Shown here: in pieces, positions 30,650-40,901 of the stretch
Layout of the letters: each line of letters opens with the position of its first letter
Position numbering within the stretch: position 1 is the stretch's first letter
Assembly (NCBI GenBank): GCA_963795855.1
Contig: CAWCIZ010000002.1
Span: 576,001-640,000, forward strand
From: Vulcanimicrobiota bacterium
GTDB lineage: Bacteria > Vulcanimicrobiota > Vulcanimicrobiia > Vulcanimicrobiales > Vulcanimicrobiaceae
DNA length: 64,000 bases
Direction: 5' to 3'
Notes under the pieces: generated by a model
The model's database searches: none
What the model was told of the DNA's origin: nothing
The model's input: the letters and a program-made list of their open reading frames with translations, nothing else
Program-made: the position numbers and the translations under genes

Positions 30650-31308
30650 TCGTCGTTCAGCGTCGCGCCTACGTGGCCATCCGTTTCCAGCCGCGCCCGC
30701 TCTTTTCGAAGTGAAGCCGACACGTGCTGCGTTTCCTCGACTGGGCGCTTTTCCACGCCGACCTCCTCGGTTGTGACGACTTCTTTTTCGACTTGCACTT
30801 CATCGCGCAACACCGGAATGCGAACTTCTTCGCCTTCACCGAGTTCGGCCCGATCCTCGGGCTCGTCGACGCGGCGCCGGGTAAGGAGAACCTCTTCGCG
30901 CTTCACCGGTACGTCGATCTCTTCTTGTCGCGTCTCGACGTCCTTGGTGAGACGAACCTCGCCTTCTTTTTCGGCATGTTTCGTAACGTTTAGGCGCTCC
31001 TCGTGCAGCTTCATCGTGCCGCCGTTTGTTTCCGTTGCGCCCATGCGCCCGCCGTAACGAGCGAGAACCGGTTCGAGCGTTTCGCGATCCGCGCGCTGCA
31101 CGACGAGCAGAGCACCGTCCCCGTTACTTCCATCAAGTTCCTCGCCACTGAAGAATCGCTTCACGCCATCGAGAAAGCCGCCGCCTTCGGAACCTTGTAC
31201 GGCAATGTCGCCGTTATCCACACCGGAAGCGCGTAATTCATCGGCCGCTGCGTCCGCCGAGGCACGATCGGGAAAGAATGCTCGGATTTGATTGCTGCCA
31301 TCGTCCAT
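30646..31308 (-). CDS. YsnF/AvaK (DUF2382) domain protein
   Basis: MKLHEERLNVTK..GEVRLTKDV..IDVPVKREEV..VRIPVLRDEVQVEKEVVTTEEV..SLRKERARL. Confidence 0.88.
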   Translation of the reverse strand: MDDGSNQIRAFFPDRASADAAADELRASGVDNGDIAVQGSEGGGFLDGVKRFFSGEELDGSNGDGALLVVQRADRETLEPVLARYGGRMGATETNGGTMKLHEERLNVTKHAEKEGEVRLTKDVETRQEEIDVPVKREEVLLTRRRVDEPEDRAELGEGEEVRIPVLRDEVQVEKEVVTTEEVGVEKRPVEETQHVSASLRKERARLETDGHVGATLNDE

Positions 31309-31313
31309 ATCGC

Positions 31314-32075
31314 TTAAAGTCTCCGTCGTTTCAGATCTAGAGGGGAGCTTTTCCCTTCGGTAGTAGCAGCAAACGTGCTTGTGCGATCCCCGGTCGAGCA
31401 ATCGACATGATGCACTTCGAGCACTTCATGACGCAGCGGTTCGCTAATGTGCGCCACCGACTCGGCGGACTCGCGACGAATGGTAACCTCATTCGTGACG
31501 ACCATGCGTTTTTGCAGGTCGACTTCCTCGTGTTTGGTTGGTATGCGTAAGACTTCAGGTTCTTCTCCGGGCGACGTGCGGACCACGACCAATTCCTCGC
31601 GCGTGAGCGGAACGTCGATGTGTTGCGTGACCGAGCGGACGATTTTACGTATGCGTACCTCCGCGTCGCTGACGTACCGTTTGCTGACCTTCAACTTTTC
31701 CGCGTGCAACGGGATACGGACCGTTTCGTCGCTCGGTTCGGCAAGTGCATCCGCACCGGCTTCGCGCAGCGCGTGCAGGCGCTCATCGGCATGAAAGGCG
31801 GCCGGCAGCAAAAGCATGACGCGGCCGGATGCGATTTGCCGCTCGGCGTCCGCGGCACGTTCGACCGACACGCCAACTTCCTGCAATTGCGGCGCAACCG
31901 GACCTTCGCACGGTATGGCACCGGTCTCGTTACAGAAGTCAATGAGATCGCGTACGTCGGCAATCGCGGCGCAAACCTCATCGGGCAAAACGCCTTGCGC
32001 CGCGAGCGTTTGTATGCCGCCTGCGGCGGCTTGCCGGTCGTCGAACAGCGCCGTGATGTAACTGCGGCCGTCCAT
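31314..32075 (-). CDS. YsnF/AvaK (DUF2382) domain protein
   Basis: IPLHAEKLKVSKR..EVRIRKIV..IDVPLTREELVV..LRIPTKHEEVDLQKR..EPLRHEVL. Confidence 0.85.
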   Translation of the reverse strand: MDGRSYITALFDDRQAAAGGIQTLAAQGVLPDEVCAAIADVRDLIDFCNETGAIPCEGPVAPQLQEVGVSVERAADAERQIASGRVMLLLPAAFHADERLHALREAGADALAEPSDETVRIPLHAEKLKVSKRYVSDAEVRIRKIVRSVTQHIDVPLTREELVVVRTSPGEEPEVLRIPTKHEEVDLQKRMVVTNEVTIRRESAESVAHISEPLRHEVLEVHHVDCSTGDRTSTFAATTEGKSSPLDLKRRRL

Positions 32076-32230
32076 AACGAGAAGGTCATACCCGTTTTAA
32101 ACGCAGGTGCATTGTTTGCCGGATGCGACGAGCAAGCTGCGTCGTTTATCGAACGCTTTAAGAACGATCAAGTAGTATGTTTAGTGCTACCAGGGCAGCG
32201 GGCGGCGATTCGCGCGGATAGCACGCTCGA

Positions 32231-32249
32231 CCGTCCGATTTCCGTCCGA
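32231..32249 (+). repeat. Direct repeat with 11-bp period, candidate SARP binding site
   Basis: CCGTCCGA at 32231 and 32242, upstream of BTAD regulator. Confidence 0.5.
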
Positions 32250-32320
32250 AGTAACGGACGCGTGAGGGACTCTTCGAGACCTATCCTTGGCTCATCACCC
32301 CATTCCGTGAGGGTCGAGGC

Positions 32321-33083
32321 ATGCGTCAGTCGATAGTCCAAAGATCCCGGTCCATTCGGATTATGCTACTCGGGGCACAACGTGTCACGGTGGGCGGCCA
32401 ACGCGTGGATCCGCTCCTTTCCTCTAAGGCGCTCTTAGTGCTTGCGGTTCTCGCAATGCGTGGTTCCGAGTCCATAACGCGCGAGGAGCTTGCGTTTGGC
32501 TTATGGCCTGACTTGTGCGAAACTGAGGCGCGCGCGACACTGCGGCGGCAGACTTTACGCAATCGACCACACGCTTTCGGGCGAAGACGCGTCCGTCCTC
32601 ACGCGCAATTCGCAGTTTGTCTCCTGGGCGAACGACACGGAAGTTCAGGTCGACGCACTGGAGTTTATGCGGCTCAGCGATCACCCTGAGACTTTAGAGG
32701 ATGCTGCGGCAGTTTACGGCGGTGATTTCGCACCGCAGATCGATCACAAATGGGGGCGCGAAATTCGAGATCGATTACAGCGCAAAATGTGTCATGTGCT
32801 GGATCAACTGATAGCGCAGTACCGAAACAGCCAGGACCCGCGTCGATCCCTGGATTACGTCGAACGCCTACTCAGCGTAGATCCGTGGCGCGAGGACGTC
32901 GTGCGGGACTTCATGATGATGCGCTACTTCGTCGGCGACCGCGTCGGCGCATTACGATTCTATCGTTCGTTCGTCCAAAATCTACGTTCGGAATTCGACG
33001 TCGAGCCAATGCCGGAAACGGTAAAATGCTTTGAATCGATTTCCAATGGTTCTCGTCCGCGCGTAGGCGAAGGAGCAGCATAA
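32321..33083 (+). CDS. SARP-family (wHTH + BTAD) regulator; frameshift near 32550
   Basis: IRIMLLG, TREELAFGLWPD..ARATLRR, VQVDALEF, YGGDF, VDPWREDVVRDFM, EFDVEPMPET. Confidence 0.82.
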
Positions 33084-33610
33084 TGAAAGGGATCACGCTC
33101 TTCCGGACGGTCGATGACGCACGAATCGAGGGCTTCGAAGTCTACAATGATTCCTATCTGGAGTACGTGATCGTCTGCAAAGAAAGAACGGGACAACGGG
33201 TGTTCGCGATAGCGCTTCGAAACAGCTGACAATATGCAGGCCGCGTTTTCCAAATCGGTCGGGCAAAAGTCATTCATCGCGTCGTGAAAGGATCTCCAAA
33301 AGCCGTCTTTGGCCTCCACAACCTTGTCTCTAACAGCCTTTGGAAGGCCTAGTGCCCATATCTTGATTTCGATTCGAGGCACAGCGTTATCGCATACGAT
33401 CGAAAATTCCAGGTGCTTGGCGAGCACTTGTGAGCACAAGTCGTTCCAGTCGGCCCTAGATTTATTCCAAACATTACGGCTGAAATAGTCGAAGGCGGCT
33501 TGGACTTTGTCGCTGCGAATCGCCAGATAGGTGGGAACGCCTCTTCCTACATACATCCACCGTACACCCCGTTTCGGACGCCGGAAAGCGAACAGGAGGA
33601 AGACTTGCAT
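32960..33610 (-). CDS. Hypothetical protein; boundaries uncertain
   Basis: Protein-like open frame filling the gap between the two BTAD genes; no recognised motif. Confidence 0.4.
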   Translation of the reverse strand: MQVFLLFAFRRPKRGVRWMYVGRGVPTYLAIRSDKVQAAFDYFSRNVWNKSRADWNDLCSQVLAKHLEFSIVCDNAVPRIEIKIWALGLPKAVRDKVVEAKDGFWRSFHDAMNDFCPTDLENAACILSAVSKRYREHPLSRSFFADDHVLQIGIIVDFEALDSCVIDRPEERDPFHYAAPSPTRGREPLEIDSKHFTVSGIGSTSNSERRFWTNER

Positions 33611-33682
33611 CGTCTTCCCGAGAAAAGTCACGCGGTTCGCGTAGGAGTCTAGCGGGCCCTGCCCGCGGGAGGCGCTCCGGCC

Positions 33683-36600
33683 GTGGAGATCAGGCTTTTC
33701 GGCAGGGTGGAAGTAGTGGATCGACGCCGTGAAGGCGCCGCGGCGATCTCGCTCCCTGCTGCTTCGAAATCGCTGCTGGCTTGGCTTCTTCTGCATCGCG
33801 GCGTCCTCTCGCCGCGCCAGACCGTCGCATTTTCCTTATTTCCGGACGAACCGGAAGAAACTGCGTTTGCGAACCTGCGCCGCCACATTCATACGCTTTC
33901 GCGCAAACTTGCCCAGGCGGATTCCGCAAACCAGTGGATTCTTGCGGACCATCAGAACATCGGTTGGAATACAAGTGTTCCCTTGGACCTTGATATCGAC
34001 GCGTTCACGCACGCTTGCGACACGCCCGGTTTCGGGCTGACTGCTGCAGCGCTTTACCGCGGCGAGTTGGCTGAGGAAGTCGGTGCAGCGTGGATTGTTC
34101 CTTACCGCGATCGATTTCAAGAGCGCTTTGCCGACGCCTGCCTTACCGGCGCGGCTTACCAGCACGCAAAAGGTGATGATGCGGTCTGTCTAAGGTTGCT
34201 GCAAACTTATCTCGATCGTGAACCATGGCACGAGAGCGCTCTGCGCTCGCTAATCCTCGTTCAGGCGCGAAGCGGAGAGCGCCTTAACGCGCTTCAGCGG
34301 TTTGATGCATTTCGGGAGGAACTCGCACGGGGAGTCAACGTTGAGCTGTCCGCAAATCTTTTGCGTGCCGTAGCATCCATCAACAGTGGAAATTACGAGG
34401 AGCCATTTCCAGACAGCCGCCGAAGCGAACGTGCCTCCTCCACGGCGTCGCATGACACTCAAACTTTGAACCCGCATTTGGGGTCTGACAGTTTTCGGGG
34501 CCGAGAGCGACACGTCCAGACCATCTTGAAAGCGCTGGATGCGCGCGTTGCTTCGGGCACTGTGGCGGTCGTTACGGGTGCGGCCGGAATCGGCAAGACC
34601 CGCTTAGCAAGAGAGATTGCGTATATTACGACGAAGCACGACAGGCGCACGTTCAGCGTTACGTGCGCGATGGAGTCCCGGCGCCCGTACGGGCCGCTCA
34701 CGGACCTCATTGCCCTGCCCACGTTTAGTACTCAGCACGAGCTTTGGCTTGCAATTGCCGCAGCATTGAATCGCCTCGGAGGCAACCGGCGCACGCTCAT
34801 CGTTATCGACGACGCGCATTGGGCGGATAGCGCCACGCTGGAATTGATTCGCGGCTTACGTAACCTGCGGGCGGCGATTCCCGACATGCTGCTTCTTTAC
34901 CGCTCCGAATGCGAAGATGCCAACATCCCAATTAGTGAGTTTCGAAATATCGCCGACGTCTTTCTGGAACTCGGTCCGTTAGATCAGGACGAACTAAAAG
35001 CAATCGCGTCAGAAACAGTACAGGGGATGGACGCTCCGGAAGAGGTGCTCCAAAGCATTGCCGAGAGCTCGATGGGCAGCCCGTTGCTGGCGCAGGAATT
35101 GGCGCGCTACACGATGCTTAAAGGCGCGAAACAGGGCGCCGTTCCTACCCTGCCGGCCTTCGTATCCGCAAGCATTTCATCGACGCTTGAGCGAGTTTAG
35201 CGATGAAGAAATCACCGTACTAGAAGCGGCGGCGGTATTGGGATCGACGTTTTCAGTAGAGATTCTCCTGCGTATTTGTGGTCGCTCCGAAACCTTTACC
35301 CGCCAAGTGCTGCGAAAGGCACGCGACCTGGCCTTTCTGAAAGCGGGCGCAGAAGTGCGTTTATGAGCTTCGCGCACAACCTTTTCCGTGAGGCGATTGG
35401 GGCGCGGCTTCTGGCCGATGAGCGGATGGCAACTTCATCGCCGCATCGCCAATGAGATCGATAAGCACCCCTCAGAAGAAAGCCTCGCCGATCTCGCTTA
35501 TCATCTTCGCCAAGCCGGGGAACACGAGCGGAGTGCCGGAAGATCTACAGCGCCGCAGCCGACCGCGCATGCCTGCTTTACGCGCTTCGGGACGCCTCCG
35601 ATTACTATGACGCCGCACTTAAGCAGTGTGACAACAGCGAGCTCGCCAGAGTAATTGCGTTGAAACGCGCTGAGACGCAGGTTGCACAAGGATTGCTGGA
35701 CGAGGCTCGACGAGGCTTCGAAGCGTTGTTGGAGCAGGTGGAAGGCGATAGCCATGCAGATCCGCTGATTCGAGCGACGCTTTTGTTGCGGTTGAGCATT
35801 TGCGAATGGTCGGCGTTACGACGACAGGCTTCCGTTTTTTGGGCGACTCTGTGCCCGCGATGTTGCCGCGGCTTCCGACGCGTGTGGGGCGCAGAGCGCT
35901 GAAGCAACAGTGATGCTAGCGCGCGCTGCAGTATTGCGTGGCGACGCCACTGAAGCGCTCGATTATCTGGAGGCAGTTAGGGAAACCACGGAGCCCCGCT
36001 TGCGACTGAGTGCTGCGGGCTATCGCGGCTTAGCCCACGGCATGCTCGGAGATCAGTGTGCCGCGATCGAGTCGGTCACCATGCCTGGCGGAGTCCGACT
36101 TTCAGTATGCGGACGTTTCAACGCTCGCGGCTTTTCGACAAAATCAGGGCATCACGTTCGGCTGGTTCGGTCGCTTAGCGGAATCTCGCGCGTCATTTGT
36201 TGCCGTTGCCGACATCGGTCACAGAGCGCGTAACGACATTATCGAAAGCATCGGCAACGTCGGAATGGGCTACGTCGCACTTTACCGCAATGACATCGAT
36301 ACGGCGCGCAAATGCTACGCTGTTGCGGCTGCATTGACAGATGGGCGGCAAAATGTTGCCACTTTATACACCACAGCGCTCGGGTTAAGGCTGGCAGTTG
36401 CCACGAAAGATCGGGCGCTTGCGCAGAGCCTAATCAGCGAAAGCTCTTTGAAGTTTGCGAAACGCGGGATGACGTGCTTTTTGCAAATACACTTACGGGC
36501 GGGCTTATCGAATACGCATCGGAGTTTGGAGAAATGGAACGCGCAAAGCTCTTGCTCAAATTTTATTTGTCTGCGCTGAGGGCAGGATCAGGACTGATAT

Positions 36601-36890
36601 ACATTCTTCCGAGCGTTCTTCACATTGGCGATGACGACGACATGGACCAAGCGCTCTCTCTTGCACGGGCTTGGATCACGAGCGGCGATAATAGGATGGG
36701 GGAAGCGTTCGTGGCGGTCCTTTCTGCGGCGCGGCAATTCTCCGCCGGCGAGGCCAGAAGTGCTAAGGCAGCGTGCCTTTCCGCGATCTCTTCCTTCGAG
36801 CAACTCGGAATGCATCGTTTCACGAGCGTTGCGGAGTCGCTCGGAACGCGCGCGCTCGCCGAGAGCGCGCTGCACCGTTCAGGAGGTTAA
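33683..36890 (+). pseudogene. Large SARP/BTAD + AAA ATPase + TPR-like regulator with multiple frameshifts (pseudogene or assembly errors)
   Basis: EIRLFGRV, ANLRRHI, LYRGEL, EPWHE; Walker A GAAGIGKT, Walker B LIVIDDAHWAD, GSPL; continues in fragments LEAAAVLGSTF, FAHNLFREAI, LAYH and helical repeats to 36890. Confidence 0.75.
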
Positions 36891-37641
36891 GACCCCGGTA
36901 TAATTCGGTTTAAGGTACTTCGCCGTGAATTCACCGGTCCCGGGCTCGATTTGTGACTGCGTCGCATCGAGGCGTTGCCAGTTGCTCCAATTTCCATGGC
37001 GATCGCGACTCGCCAGGCGAGCGTTTTGCCAACCAACAGCAGCGGTGCCGGAATAAGGATGCAGGAGGGAGTCGCTCGGCTCGATTGTGGGCCCCCAGGA
37101 GCCATCAAATGGGAATTGGGTCTTTTGTTGCGATGCCTTTGATTGGTACGGCGCGGTTTTGTAGAGTTGGTGAACCTGTTGCCCAGCTTGGTCACTGATG
37201 CAGAGTTCATTGACCCAGCCTGCAGGGGTGCGGTACGTCATATTTTTTATCGTGAGCACTTTAAGATCGAATCCTGCGAGGTTCGTCGTCGACACGAACG
37301 GGTCGAACGTGCGCGAGGCAATCGGGGTGAGCGGAAAAAGAAAATTGTTGGTGCCACGATCATATATTCCGAAGGCCGGCGCTATGCTCTTGTGATAGGC
37401 CACAAGCCCCTCGCAACCGAGTGAAGCGCGATTCGCAGCGGTGATGTAGATGTGGTTGTCATCGTTGGGATCGAAATTTCCGCCTATGGAATCAGAAAAT
37501 AAGATATCCCAAAGTATTGCCGTGCCGGTGTCCCAATCGGCCTTAAATGCCCGGCGTGTAGCGAACAACGTACGATGTGGAGTTGTTTAAAACGTTAATG
37601 GGAGCCGGTCCTTTGCGTAATCCACCAGATGATAAGCGCAT
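36879..37641 (-). CDS. Hypothetical beta-rich protein (possible neprosin-like fold); probable frameshift near 37550
   Basis: ORF 36879..37568 plus upstream ATG 37641 with RBS GTGAGG; IYITAANRASLGCEG and SWGPTIE motifs. Confidence 0.55.
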
Positions 37642-37682
37642 ACGAACCTCACATTGAGATCACGTCCAATGAACGTGCCACA

Positions 37683-37710
37683 AGCATAAGGCGACCGGCG
37701 CAAATGTCAA
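37683..37710 (-). promoter_or_regulatory. Sigma70-type promoter
   Basis: TTGACA-N16-TATGCT about 40 nt upstream of ATG 37641. Confidence 0.55.
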
Positions 37711-37897
37711 TAACGCCGCTCGGAACGTCTTCGCGCAGTAGGCGAGTTATCGCTCGCGCGCACACACCGCGGTGCCTTCGAAGCCTCAGATATCCCTTTA
37801 CGCGGACGCGGCCGGGACGCCTATTTGCTACGAATATCTCATGGAACGCGAGTCCGCGGACCGCTTCGCGGCCGTAGGACGAGAAAGGCTGTGGATT

Positions 37898-38290
37898 ATG
37901 AGATCGATTCGAACAATTTTGGCGCTTATCGCACTTCTATTCGGCGTTGCGCTTTTCGGTGCCGGAACACATCCGGCGTCGGCGCAGAATATAACGACGG
38001 GCACTTGTGCGAGGCTCACCGCGACGCCGTACGTAATCGCCGGCACAGCGCTGGGCGGCAGCCACTACATCGTAATGGTTGGGAACGTCAGTTGTGCGCA
38101 AGCATCATCGTGGATTAAAAAGATTCTTGCGCAGCGTTTGTCCGGCCCACCTGACGAGGACATGGATGTGAAAGGCCCGGCAGGCTATGCGTGCCGCGCT
38201 TCGCTGGACGGCCGAGGCCATCCATATCAGGGGCGGTGCGACAAGAACGGTGCCAAAGACACGGGATTTCAATGGGTTATGGGCGGTTAG
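37898..38290 (+). CDS. Small secreted Cys-containing protein
   Basis: Signal peptide ending PASA; four Cys (GTC, VSCAQA, GYAC, GRC). Confidence 0.65.
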   Translation: MRSIRTILALIALLFGVALFGAGTHPASAQNITTGTCARLTATPYVIAGTALGGSHYIVMVGNVSCAQASSWIKKILAQRLSGPPDEDMDVKGPAGYACRASLDGRGHPYQGRCDKNGAKDTGFQWVMGG

Positions 38291-38352
38291 CGACGCTCCG
38301 GCCGTGAACGCTGCCGCAGGTGGGGAAGTCTGCAACAGGAAGCGTTTCCGCG

Positions 38353-39297
38353 ATGATGCGTGGGCAACGGTACAGGCGGGTCGCCCGATATGCGACGCTT
38401 GCCATTGCGTTGTGCGCTTCTGCGTGCGCGAGGCCGGCGGAGAAACCTGCGGCGGCAACGACCTCAATACCCATAAGCCTGCGCGCGCGGGACAATATGG
38501 TCGTTCGCATCGGCACGCCAATGCCATCGCTCCCGCCTCTTACCCCGGCGCAAGAAGCCCTGGTGAAATGGCGCGAACGCGGCTGGTATGAGATTGCATC
38601 GACCAACGACCGAGTGTACACCCAAAGCCAATCGGGTTTGCAAGCACTCCGTGCATCGGATGCCTCCGTAGTATGGCGAAACCCCAAGTGCAAGCCCGGA
38701 GGAGCGACGCTTTCCATCATCGGCGACGAGCTGTTCACCGTCTGCACCCCAGGTTTTTTGAGCGTCTTGAACGCGAATACCGGCCGAATTTTACAAACTG
38801 CGCCCGTACGAATGGACGGAATCAATAGCGTTGCCGTCGCCGGCAAAGAATGGCTCGCGGTGCAGGGCTGGAGCGGCGGAGCCGCGCTGGTGAATATCCT
38901 CGTCATCCTCAGACGGAACACCTTACAGCCGATTAACGATCGACCAATTACCGATGGCACGTTCCTTGGCGTTATCGGCGATCGCGCTTACATCGACGAC
39001 TGGTGCTGCCACGGCCGCGCGGACGAGTACCGTCCTGCAACGATTTACTCGATCTCTTTGCGAGATGGAACGCAAAGCGCGCCCGTCGATCTGAGGCCTG
39101 ACCCGAATCGCCATCCGGCAAATTTGCAGCCGTTGGGTCAAGGCGAACACAACTACATGCAAGGGCACTATTTGTACGTCCCGGTTGACGATGTGTTGTA
39201 TCGCTATGACATTTTGCATCTGCGCCTGCCGCCGAAGCGTACGCGGATTCCGGCTCAGCCTCCGCCGCGGACGCCACCGCCGGCAAACACCCAGTGA
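38353..39297 (+). CDS. Putative lipoprotein with PQQ-like beta-propeller
   Basis: Lipobox-like LCASAC; ALRASDASVVW and VLNANTGRIL repeats. Confidence 0.6.
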   Translation: MMRGQRYRRVARYATLAIALCASACARPAEKPAAATTSIPISLRARDNMVVRIGTPMPSLPPLTPAQEALVKWRERGWYEIASTNDRVYTQSQSGLQALRASDASVVWRNPKCKPGGATLSIIGDELFTVCTPGFLSVLNANTGRILQTAPVRMDGINSVAVAGKEWLAVQGWSGGAALVNILVILRRNTLQPINDRPITDGTFLGVIGDRAYIDDWCCHGRADEYRPATIYSISLRDGTQSAPVDLRPDPNRHPANLQPLGQGEHNYMQGHYLYVPVDDVLYRYDILHLRLPPKRTRIPAQPPPRTPPPANTQ

Positions 39298-39392
39298 GAA
39301 AGCGCTGATCGCGCTTCACGTCGCCGGCGAGCCGAGCGAAACCTTTCCTGCTCTGCAGCGTATGCCGGTTAGGGCGTGGAGAGGGGTGCTTC

Positions 39393-40103
39393 ATGGACGT
39401 TCTCAATCGGAACGCCAGAACTGCCGGATGGCTTTATCTGGCGTTGGTAGTGCTGGGGCCACTACCGCTAATGATTATTCCGAACGCATTGTACGTGACC
39501 GGAAATCCCGCAGCGACCGCGCACAACATCGCGACGCACGAGGTTCTCTTTCGCGCCGGCATCTTGGATCTCTTAATCGCCGGCACAGTGGAAATTCTGC
39601 TTGCGCTTTCGTTCTACCGGCTGTTCAGCGTCGTGGATCGCAGTCTAGCCGCGGTCCTTGTCGCGTTCGGCGTCGTGTCGGTACCGATTTCATTTGTGAA
39701 CGAACTGAACAGCGTCGGTATGCTGCTCTGTGCAAAAGGCGGTGCCTTCTTGTCGGCCTTTACACCGGCGCAGCGTGAGGGTTTGGTGACGCTGTTCGTC
39801 AATCTGCATCACTACGGAAACGTCGTCAACGAAATGTTCTGGGGGCTCTGGCTGCTGCCGCTCGGCATGCTCGTGTATAAGTCGGGATTTCTGCCGAAAG
39901 TTCTCGGCGTTTGGCTCGTGCTCAACTGTTTCGCGTACGTAGCGCAGTGCATAACCGGCATCCTTTGGCCGCAGTCCATCGACGTGGTCGATAATATCGC
40001 GTTTCCCGTGCAATTCGGCGAAGTCGCCATCATGCTGTGGCTGATTATCATGGGTGCAAGGCCGACGCTATCGTTCGCACGGCGCGTATCCGGCGCAATC
40101 TAG
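39393..40103 (+). CDS. DUF4386 family membrane protein
   Basis: ARTAGWLYL, GNPAATAHNI, FWGLWLLPLG, KSGFLPKVLG, GEVAIMLWLII. Confidence 0.88.
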   Translation: MDVLNRNARTAGWLYLALVVLGPLPLMIIPNALYVTGNPAATAHNIATHEVLFRAGILDLLIAGTVEILLALSFYRLFSVVDRSLAAVLVAFGVVSVPISFVNELNSVGMLLCAKGGAFLSAFTPAQREGLVTLFVNLHHYGNVVNEMFWGLWLLPLGMLVYKSGFLPKVLGVWLVLNCFAYVAQCITGILWPQSIDVVDNIAFPVQFGEVAIMLWLIIMGARPTLSFARRVSGAI

Positions 40104-40183
40104 CCGGGTTTTGTTCAGCCACCTATGCCACCGTTTCAAAAAGCGTGCCGATTTGCGCTAATTGCGGCATATTACCTGTTCCG

Positions 40184-40708
40184 TCATTCGACGATCGAGA
40201 ATGCCTCCGGATATGTCGCGTGCGCGTGCCCATCCGATAGACTCGCGGGCTTGATCTCCAGTGCCATCCACGCAGCGCCGGCTTTCGAATACGGGCTGCT
40301 TACGCGCCGAGCGATATCCGATGAAAAGCCGAAACGTGAGTAATAAGATGGATCGCCAAGGACGAAAATAGCGGCGTAGCCGTGTCGTGCGGATGCGCGC
40401 ACGCCATGCTGAATGATCCTCGATCCCACGCCCTGCCGTTGGTACTGAGGCAGCACCGCGACGGGTGCCAGCGCGAGCGCGTCAATCCGGCCATCCGAAG
40501 TGGAGACGGAAATGCGGCTGAAAATGGCGTTGCCTACGATCTCGTTCCCGATTTCCGCTACTACAGATGAAACGATGCGAGCCTCTTCTCTAAGGCGGTC
40601 CACTAGGGTTGCCTCAGCGTCGCGCCGGAACGCCTTTTGATGAGCAATTCGCACGCCAGAAATATCTGATGGCCGTTCATCGCGAATGACGGCGTCTACG
40701 TGATGCAC
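40184..40708 (-). CDS. GNAT family N-acetyltransferase (YhbS-like)
   Basis: LALAPVAVLPQYQRQGVGSRII, VLGDPSYYSRFGF. Confidence 0.88.
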   Translation of the reverse strand: MHHVDAVIRDERPSDISGVRIAHQKAFRRDAEATLVDRLREEARIVSSVVAEIGNEIVGNAIFSRISVSTSDGRIDALALAPVAVLPQYQRQGVGSRIIQHGVRASARHGYAAIFVLGDPSYYSRFGFSSDIARRVSSPYSKAGAAWMALEIKPASLSDGHAHATYPEAFSIVE

Positions 40709-40901
40709 TGCGGACTCGTTATGGCAAGTTCTTCGCAAACCTGCTATACATGCTGTCGCATAACTCAATCAACAACTCCGACATAACGGGTATAGTGCCA
40801 TCTTGCGTCCATCAACGCGAGTATCCCCTTCACGAAGAGGATTCTCCGCGGGCGGTTCCGGGCCGCGCAACCATTTTTAGCAGCGCCGCCTCTTGCGTAG
40901 C

